Assembly: GCA_049570475.1 (NCBI GenBank)
Contig: CP186953.1
Coordinates: 384,001-448,000, forward strand
Direction of reading: 5' to 3'
DNA: 64,000 nucleotides
Origin: Candidatus Methanosuratincola verstraetei
GTDB taxonomy: Archaea; Thermoproteota; Methanomethylicia; Methanomethylicales; Methanomethylicaceae
Both the position numbers and the translations under genes were made by a program. The notes below the pieces were generated by a model. The model was not told the origin of the DNA. It did no database searches and saw only the letters and a list, made by a program, of their open reading frames with translations. Of this stretch, positions 57,899-64,000 are shown piece by piece (position 1 is the first letter of the stretch; every line of letters begins with the position of its first letter).

Positions 57899-58837
57899 CT
57901 ATAAATAGATTTCAAGCGTGAGTTTGTCTATCAGCTCCTTATACCGGTTCCTGACCGTGACTTCGGTCACATTTGCGGCGCTTGCAATGTCCCTCTGCGT
58001 GCGCTTCACCTCGAGCAGTACGCTCGCGATATACACCGCAGCGGCAGCAACTCCTGTCGGACCGCGCCCGGAGGTCAGCCCCTCGCTGCTCGCGAAACGG
58101 ATTATCTCGACTGCCTTCTGCTGCACTCTCCCGTCCAGGTTCAGCTTCGTCACCAGCCTTGGCACATAATTGACGGGATCCGTAGGAAGGACCTTGATCG
58201 TTAGTTCGTTCGAAACGAACCTGTAACTCCGGGCTATCTCCTTCTTGCTGGCCCTTGAGACAGAGGAGATCTCGTCAAGGGTGAGGGGGACGTTGTACTT
58301 CCTGCATGACGCATAGAGTGCGGCACCTGTCATGCTCTCGATAGATCGCCCCCTGATGAGCTGGCTTTCTACAGCCCTCCTGTAGAGGAGGGCGGAGGCC
58401 TCTCTGATGTTCCTGGATAGGCCCAGCTGGGAAGCCATCCTCTCCAGCTCGGAGAGGGCAAAAGCAAGATTCCTCTCGGAAGCATCGGAGACCCTTATCC
58501 TCCTTTGCCATTTCCTAAGGCGGTAGATCTGCGCCCTCTTCTTCGAAGTGATGGACTTGCCGTAGCTGTCCTTGTCCCTCCAGTCAATCATCGTGGAGAG
58601 ACCCTTGTCGTGTATCGTAAGCGTTATAGGCGCGCCAGCGCGCGATCGCTTGTCCCTCTGGTCACTGTCGAAAGCCCTCCATTCAGGACCTGGGTCGAGG
58701 AGCTTGTCGCCGAGAACCAGCCCGCACGCCCTGCAGGTGACCTCGGCCCGCTCGTAGTCCCTAACCAGCGTCTTTGCCCCGCATTCAGGGCACATCATTT
58801 CGTCAATTTCTCGAATATCTGTTAGATTTCTTTCCAT
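57899..58837 (-). CDS. tfb: Transcription initiation factor IIB
   Basis: CPECG Zn ribbon, GPEWRAF, HDKGLST, cyclin repeats, [13 protein letters not shown]. Confidence 0.97.
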   Translation of the reverse strand: MERNLTDIREIDEMMCPECGAKTLVRDYERAEVTCRACGLVLGDKLLDPGPEWRAFDSDQRDKRSRAGAPITLTIHDKGLSTMIDWRDKDSYGKSITSKKRAQIYRLRKWQRRIRVSDASERNLAFALSELERMASQLGLSRNIREASALLYRRAVESQLIRGRSIESMTGAALYASCRKYNVPLTLDEISSVSRASKKEIARSYRFVSNELTIKVLPTDPVNYVPRLVTKLNLDGRVQQKAVEIIRFASSEGLTSGRGPTGVAAAAVYIASVLLEVKRTQRDIASAANVTEVTVRNRYKELIDKLTLEIYL

Positions 58838-59138
58838 AGCCCTTTGAGCCCCTCCTTAAATTTCTCCGACGAGGTTCCTCCGTAAAGAACTCCAGACCGG
58901 CGACTTCAGCACCAGGTTTCCTGATGAGTTTCACCGAGACGTAGGGATTGCTGATGGGACCGAAGATGTCTATCACAGACCCAACAACCCCAAACCCCTT
59001 GAGCACCACCGAAGAACCGATCCTTGGGGGGGTTTTCGCTTTTATTGTCAGAAGACCGCTCTTGCCTATGTGGACGCCGACCCCCAAGTAGTTCAAGACA
59101 CCAACTCCGAGATGAAGGTAATCATGAGCATATACCAT
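58803..59138 (-). CDS. gar1: H/ACA RNP protein Gar1
   Basis: [19 protein letters not shown]; true start probably about 40 nt downstream. Confidence 0.85.
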   Translation of the reverse strand: MVYAHDYLHLGVGVLNYLGVGVHIGKSGLLTIKAKTPPRIGSSVVLKGFGVVGSVIDIFGPISNPYVSVKLIRKPGAEVAGLEFFTEEPRRRNLRRGSKGYGKKSNRYSRN

Positions 59139-59198
59139 TAGTGTTTTATATCCTTTACTTTGATTATTACCTAGTTTTAAAATAACTTAAACGGTTCA

Positions 59199-59510
59199 TC
59201 ACTTTCTTTTCAGAGATCTTCTTTTTGCAATAGAGGCGGATATTCGAATCAACAGCACAGCCTTCTTCTCGCCTCCTTTCTTGCTGACCAAGACCCTGCC
59301 CGGCCTTTCCCACCAAGAGGATGGGAACTTCTTCTCGCCCTCGAGCTGGGCTTCATATGACAGATCCCGGCACGCCTCAAGGATCTCCTCCGCCGTGGGG
59401 GATTCCACAGCCTTCTCTTTCGGGATCATCCTCCCCCTTGACCTAGTCTTTGAGGAGTCCAAGTATGCGGGCCATACGACAAACTGACCCTCCTTCTTTG
59501 CCAAGCCCAT
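59199..59510 (-). CDS. srp19: Signal recognition particle protein SRP19
   Basis: VWPAYLDS.KTRSRGR.IPK..AV..P, WW...GRV. Confidence 0.92.
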   Translation of the reverse strand: MGLAKKEGQFVVWPAYLDSSKTRSRGRMIPKEKAVESPTAEEILEACRDLSYEAQLEGEKKFPSSWWERPGRVLVSKKGGEKKAVLLIRISASIAKRRSLKRK

Positions 59511-59552
59511 ATCACCAAGACAACGATATTAGGATGGGAATTTTTAATAAAT

Positions 59553-59936
59553 GTGATCCCCATGCACGAGTTTTCACTCGCTTCGAGCCTTGTTCAATAT
59601 GTCTCTGATGCCGCCAAGAAGAGCGGGATAGCAGAGATCAAGGAGATCCACATTGAAGTCGGGGAGATGACGCACATAGACCCCCGGCAGCTCAAGTTCT
59701 GCATCAAGATAGCAAGCCAGAACACGATAGCGGACGGTAGCCGCGTCTTCATAAAGAAAAGGATGCCAGTTTTGAAGTGCTTGAAATGCGGCGCCACGAC
59801 CGAGCTCAAGGGCGGGAAAAATCTTTCAGATTATACCATGGCTTGCCGGTCCTGCGGTAGCCAAGATGTGGAGCTGGAGAGAGGAAAGGAGCTTGTACTA
59901 AAGAGGATAAAGGGCATTAAGAAGGGGACGCCGTGA
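59553..59936 (+). CDS. hypA: Hydrogenase nickel metallochaperone HypA
   Basis: MHEFSLA, CLKCG, CRSCGS, GKEL; true start likely ATG 59562. Confidence 0.93.
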   Translation: MIPMHEFSLASSLVQYVSDAAKKSGIAEIKEIHIEVGEMTHIDPRQLKFCIKIASQNTIADGSRVFIKKRMPVLKCLKCGATTELKGGKNLSDYTMACRSCGSQDVELERGKELVLKRIKGIKKGTP

Positions 59937-59948
59937 TGAAGAAGGCTT

Positions 59949-60335
59949 TCATTTCATGAGGACTGCGTTCAGCACTCCGTCCTGGCCTGGCCTCGAGGAT
60001 ACCCTTGCATCGCCCAGCTCGGTCTCGATAATAGCGCCCTTAGTGATGACGCCCCTTCTCGAATAATCGACATTCGAAGGGTTGGTCTTCACCTTGGTTA
60101 TCTTGACCTTCTTGGCGACCTTCGTTTTTGGATCTATCACATTTGCATAGACTGCCTCGTCAAGCCTCAGTTTGACGTTCCCGCCATAGCTCCTTGAGAT
60201 ATTCTTTATCTCTTCGCCAGTACCGAGAGATGTCTCGGTCGGAGCGGAGCCAAGCTCAAATTTCCGCTTCTCCCTGAAGTGGTGAAGCGTGCCACCCGTG
60301 GGCTTTCGCCTATCCCTGCCCTGATAGTAACTCAT
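59949..60335 (-). CDS. rps8e: 30S ribosomal protein S8e
   Basis: RKPTGG, KRKFELG, ITKGAII, SRPGQDG. Confidence 0.96.
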   Translation of the reverse strand: MSYYQGRDRRKPTGGTLHHFREKRKFELGSAPTETSLGTGEEIKNISRSYGGNVKLRLDEAVYANVIDPKTKVAKKVKITKVKTNPSNVDYSRRGVITKGAIIETELGDARVSSRPGQDGVLNAVLMK

Positions 60336-60426
60336 CGATATCCCTCATTCTTAATCCTAAGACACCAATACCAAAAAGGCATACAAATATAAGTTTTTTG
60401 AAGTTTACCAAAGAGGGGCGAGATTT

Positions 60427-61446
60427 TTGAAGGACCGCATACAGCTGAGCCAAGGGGCTGGCGGAAAGCTCATGGACGAGCTCATAAAGAGCGTGATAAT
60501 AGGGAACATAAGCAGGAGAAAAGTAGGAGGGGGCATAGGGCTTGACGAGTTCGACGACGGAGCAACAATACCTTACGGCGGCGTACAGATCGCAGTCTCC
60601 TCTGACGGGCACATCGTCGACCCCCCATTCTTCCCGGGCGGGGACATCGGAAAGCTCGCAGTATGCGGAGCGATAAATGACCTTGCGATGATCGGGGCCA
60701 AGCCCCTGGCACTGACGGACACGATTATTGTGGAGGAGGGCTACCCGATAGAGGATCTTTCTAGGATAGTCAGATCGATGAACGAGACTGCAGAACGGAC
60801 AGAGACTGCGATCATCCACGGGGACTTCAAGGTCATGCCCAAGGGGAAGCTGGACAAGATTGTGATCTCGACGACAGGGATCGGGGTAGTCGAAGGCAAG
60901 CCCATACTTGACTCAGGGCTCAAGGAAGGCGATGCCGTCATCGTCACCGGTCCGATTGGGGATCATGGGATCGCAATAGCCTCGCTGAGGAGCGGGCTCA
61001 GCTTCAGCACATCAGTAATTTCGGACGTTGCCCCGCTTTGGGAGATAATGCGGGCGGCCATGTCGGCAGGGAGAGTGACTGCCGCCAAGGATCCGACAAG
61101 GGGAGGGGCGGCGATGGCCCTTAACGAGATGGCAGAGAGGTCAGGGGTCAGCATATGGATCAGGGAGGAGGACATCCCGATAAGGCAGGAAGTGGTTGGG
61201 GCCTGTGAGATGCTTGGGCTCGACCCATTGGAGCTAACCTGCGAGGGGAGAGCAATAATAGGCGTCAGCAGGGAATGCGCAGAGGATGTGCTCCAGGCGA
61301 TAAGGAAGGTGCCTGAGGGGAGGGACGCGATGATAATCGGATCCGTGCGCAGCGAGAGACCTGGCTATGTGATAATGGAGACATCGGCAGGGGGTAAGAG
61401 GATAATAAACCCGCCCTTGGGAGAGCCGACCCCTAGGATCTGCTGA
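60427..61446 (+). CDS. hypE: Hydrogenase maturation protein HypE
   Basis: GAGG, FFPGGDIGKLAVCG..NDL, DPTRGG, C-terminal PRIC. Confidence 0.95.
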   Translation: MKDRIQLSQGAGGKLMDELIKSVIIGNISRRKVGGGIGLDEFDDGATIPYGGVQIAVSSDGHIVDPPFFPGGDIGKLAVCGAINDLAMIGAKPLALTDTIIVEEGYPIEDLSRIVRSMNETAERTETAIIHGDFKVMPKGKLDKIVISTTGIGVVEGKPILDSGLKEGDAVIVTGPIGDHGIAIASLRSGLSFSTSVISDVAPLWEIMRAAMSAGRVTAAKDPTRGGAAMALNEMAERSGVSIWIREEDIPIRQEVVGACEMLGLDPLELTCEGRAIIGVSRECAEDVLQAIRKVPEGRDAMIIGSVRSERPGYVIMETSAGGKRIINPPLGEPTPRIC

Positions 61447-61480
61447 AAGCCTTCTCTGTCAGGCGCCATCCCAAGAGCAT

Positions 61481-62041
61481 TCACTGTTTCGTTTCAATGA
61501 AGTACCGCTCTTCGTTCAGCCTAGGGATCATAGCCATCAGTACAGCGATTTCTGAAAGGCTTACGCGATCCAAGGCACCTTTCGAGAAGTACCCTATCGC
61601 CCCCTGCTTCCTACCGAGACCCTCGATCCCTGTGAGCCCCTCCATCACCTTCCCTACCTCAGTTCTAGCTGAGAGGACCTTCTGCACAACTCCTGCAGGG
61701 TATTCAAACGAGGGTCCGCCGCCGATCGTGACCCTCCAGCGCCTGTCGACGATGGCAGCATACTGCTGGTCCATCCAGCCAGAGATCGAATGCGGCACAG
61801 GGACGAGACCTGCCTCTATGCCTACCCCCATTTCTGCACGTCCCTCCAGCTCCAGGGCTCTTCTGGCCCTCCCTATTGCGCCTCGGATAGTCTCTTCGAC
61901 TCCAATCGGCTGGGGCGGGACGATTGACTGGACCTCCTTCATGATCACTTCCACTTGAGGCAGGAATTTGGAAAAGACATTCATCACAGCCTGCACCTTG
62001 ACCGGGTTTGAGGAACCGACCGCTACTATCAAATCCACCAC
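61481..62041 (-). CDS. yjjX: Inosine/xanthosine triphosphatase
   Basis: VGSSNPVK, QP...ETIRGA..RA, GIEAG, GAIG. Confidence 0.9.
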   Translation of the reverse strand: MVDLIVAVGSSNPVKVQAVMNVFSKFLPQVEVIMKEVQSIVPPQPIGVEETIRGAIGRARRALELEGRAEMGVGIEAGLVPVPHSISGWMDQQYAAIVDRRWRVTIGGGPSFEYPAGVVQKVLSARTEVGKVMEGLTGIEGLGRKQGAIGYFSKGALDRVSLSEIAVLMAMIPRLNEERYFIETKQ

Positions 62042-62096
62042 TAGAGATAATCATAAATGGGGAACAGATAAGAATGCTTCTAGCAGGTGCTCATAG

Positions 62097-63176
62097 GTGG
62101 ACCATAAGCGAAGAATCGAAAAAGTAATTTCAGGCATCGGGGGCATGGGGATCGATGGAGCGATGGTACTCAGCCCCGAGAACATCCACTATTTGACTGG
62201 GGCGCCGTTTGTAAGGGGGGGCTATGGCAAGATCCTATACGTCAGCAAAAGCGGAGGAGCCTCGCTGATTGTCACCGATCTGGATTACCAGGAGGTATGC
62301 GACACGGTCGATTCGGCGGAGATAGTCAAGACCGAGTTCATGGAGAAACCTCTCGACAGGCTCAGAAAGATTGCGAAAGGATCAACGAAACTGGGTTTTG
62401 AGGAAGGGGTAATCAGCGCGGCGTTGAAGGAAAAGATCTCCGGAGAGTTCGAGCTGGAGCCCCTCCGCGGGCTCATAGAAAGGATGAGGGAAAGTAAAGA
62501 CGCAGATGAGATCGCAGCAATAGAGAGGGCGCAGTCAATCAACGACAGGGCTTTCGAAAAGGCAGTAGGGAACTTGAGGGAAGGGATGAGCGAACTTGAG
62601 ATAGCTGCGGAGCTCGAATACTACCTGAGGAAAGAAGGGGAGGAATCATTCGCCTTCGAGACGATAGTTGCATCAGGACCCAGAGGGGTCTACCCGCACG
62701 GTATGCCAAGTGCGAGGAGGCCCTCGAGGGGAGATGCGGTTGTGATAGACTTTGGGGCTAAGCTCTGCGGCTACTGCTCAGACATGACGAGGACGATCTT
62801 CTTTGGCAATCCCGATGGAGAGACCAGGAGAGCATATGAGGCAGTCAAGGAGGCGCAGGAGAGGGCCATCGAGATCGCAAGGGACGGAATCTCCGGCAGG
62901 GAGGTCGATGCGGTGGCCCGCGGTGTGCTAGAACGCCTGGGGCTCGGGAAGTATTTTGTCCACGGGCTCGGACACGGGGTGGGCATCGAGATCCATGAGG
63001 CGCCGGTTGTCGGGCCTTCGAACATGAGCCCATTCGAGCCGGGCAACGTGATTACAATAGAGCCGGGGGCATACCTCCCCGGGAAGTTTGGGATAAGGAT
63101 CGAGGACCTTTTGGTCATAGAGAAGGGCAGGAGCAGGGATCTGACAAAGTTCACAAGGGAACTCGTTGTGATTTGA
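62097..63176 (+). CDS. Xaa-Pro peptidase (M24B)
   Basis: DFGA...YCSDMTRT, HGLGHGVG..IHE.P, TIEPG.Y, GIRIED. Confidence 0.93.
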   Translation: MDHKRRIEKVISGIGGMGIDGAMVLSPENIHYLTGAPFVRGGYGKILYVSKSGGASLIVTDLDYQEVCDTVDSAEIVKTEFMEKPLDRLRKIAKGSTKLGFEEGVISAALKEKISGEFELEPLRGLIERMRESKDADEIAAIERAQSINDRAFEKAVGNLREGMSELEIAAELEYYLRKEGEESFAFETIVASGPRGVYPHGMPSARRPSRGDAVVIDFGAKLCGYCSDMTRTIFFGNPDGETRRAYEAVKEAQERAIEIARDGISGREVDAVARGVLERLGLGKYFVHGLGHGVGIEIHEAPVVGPSNMSPFEPGNVITIEPGAYLPGKFGIRIEDLLVIEKGRSRDLTKFTRELVVI

Positions 63177-63282
63177 AATCACCCTCCATCACAAAGGTGG
63201 AGGTAGGACCGAACCAAAACAAAATAAATAGATCACAGCAATACAATCCCGTCCTGACCAAATGATGGGTGATGCCCGAGAT

Positions 63283-64000
63283 ATGAGAGCGCAAGGTGCA
63301 TTCCAATCAATAAGGGGATGGGCCATAGGCTGGGTCTACAGGTACTATGAGAAGAAGCTATCGAATAGCGTAAAGAACGGGCAGATCCCCCGGCACGTGG
63401 GCCTCATCCTGGACGGGAATAGGCGCTGGGCAAAGGAGCTGGGCCTCGATCCCAATCTCGGGCACCAGTACGGGTTCGAGAAGCTTAAGGAGGTCCTTCA
63501 ATGGTGCTGGGAAATAGGCATAAAAACAGTGACCGTTTATGCGCTCTCGACCGAGAATCTAAAAAGGCCCAAGGAGGAGGTCGATGCCCTGATCGGCTTG
63601 GCTGAAAAGGCGTTCAACGACGTGATCGAGAGCAAGGAGATCCACGAGAGGAAAGTCAGGATAAAGGCCCTCGGCAGACTCCACTTGCTCAAGGAGTCTT
63701 TGAGGGAGTCCATCCGCAGGGCGGAAGAGAGCACCAAGGGCTACAGCGACCGAAGGCTCAATGTAGCAATAGCTTACGGCGGCAGGGCTGAGATACTCGA
63801 CGCTGCAAGGAAGATAATCGCAGACGTCATAAACGGGGACCTCGAGGTTGGTGAGATAAACGAAGAGACCTTTTCTAAGTACCTATACACGGCAGAGGAT
63901 CCGGATCCGGACCTCATAATAAGGACCTCAGGGGAGGAGAGGTTGAGCGGTTTCCTGCTGTGGCAGAGCGCGTATTCCGAATTCTATTTCATGGATGTCT
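63283..64000 (+). CDS. uppS: cis-prenyltransferase (undecaprenyl/polyprenyl diphosphate synthase), truncated by the window end
   Basis: Manual translation: IPRHVGLILDGNRRW, YALSTEN, AYGGR, PDLIIRTSGEERLSGFLLWQ; alternative start 63262. Confidence 0.93.
   Translation, partial: MRAQGAFQSIRGWAIGWVYRYYEKKLSNSVKNGQIPRHVGLILDGNRRWAKELGLDPNLGHQYGFEKLKEVLQWCWEIGIKTVTVYALSTENLKRPKEEVDALIGLAEKAFNDVIESKEIHERKVRIKALGRLHLLKESLRESIRRAEESTKGYSDRRLNVAIAYGGRAEILDAARKIIADVINGDLEVGEINEETFSKYLYTAEDPDPDLIIRTSGEERLSGFLLWQSAYSEFYFMDV

Noticed and set aside
1-64000. Numerous antisense or alternate-frame ORFs in the track (e.g. 60..596, 19712..20479, 42065..42715)
   Set aside because: They overlap well-supported genes and carry no recognisable motifs; shadow ORFs.
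1-64000. CRISPR arrays, tRNA/rRNA, SRP RNA, transposases, integrases
   Set aside because: No regular repeat-spacer pattern, cloverleaf or mobile-element motifs seen; gaps near srp19/rps8e are too short for SRP RNA.

Overview
Gene-dense archaeal chromosome segment with no rRNA, tRNA, CRISPR array or mobile element that I can see. eS30, the gar1-tfb-TFEbeta cluster and the crenarchaeal-type ATP synthase gene order point to Thermoproteota (TACK). A complete Ehb hydrogenase plus a lone MtrH with a corrinoid protein suggest Methanomethylicia (Verstraetearchaeota); this is an inference. The right half is mostly core: a continuous ehb + A1Ao ATP synthase run on the minus strand, then endoQ, proS, speD, rps30e, trm1, rnhB, fibrillarin/nop5, rlmE, tfeB, tfb, gar1, srp19, hypA, rps8e, hypE, yjjX, pepP and a partial uppS. 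The left half holds the most interesting loci. (1) A corrinoid protein-MesA/MetE core-MtrH operon looks like a three-part methionine synthase and lies divergent from ACT-serB. (2) A five-gene operon places an intact but divergent RadA between a catalytically degenerate HerA/VirB4-like ATPase and a degenerate RecA-fold protein, opposite a membrane-bound ArsR regulator. (3) An oversized NurA-HerA pair has no mre11/rad50 beside it. (4) A LipS2-LplN-LplC-LipS1 lipoylation cluster. (5) Tandem stand-alone Lrp/RAM domains precede a GH3-family ligase. All assignments come from recognising motifs by eye; no searches were run.
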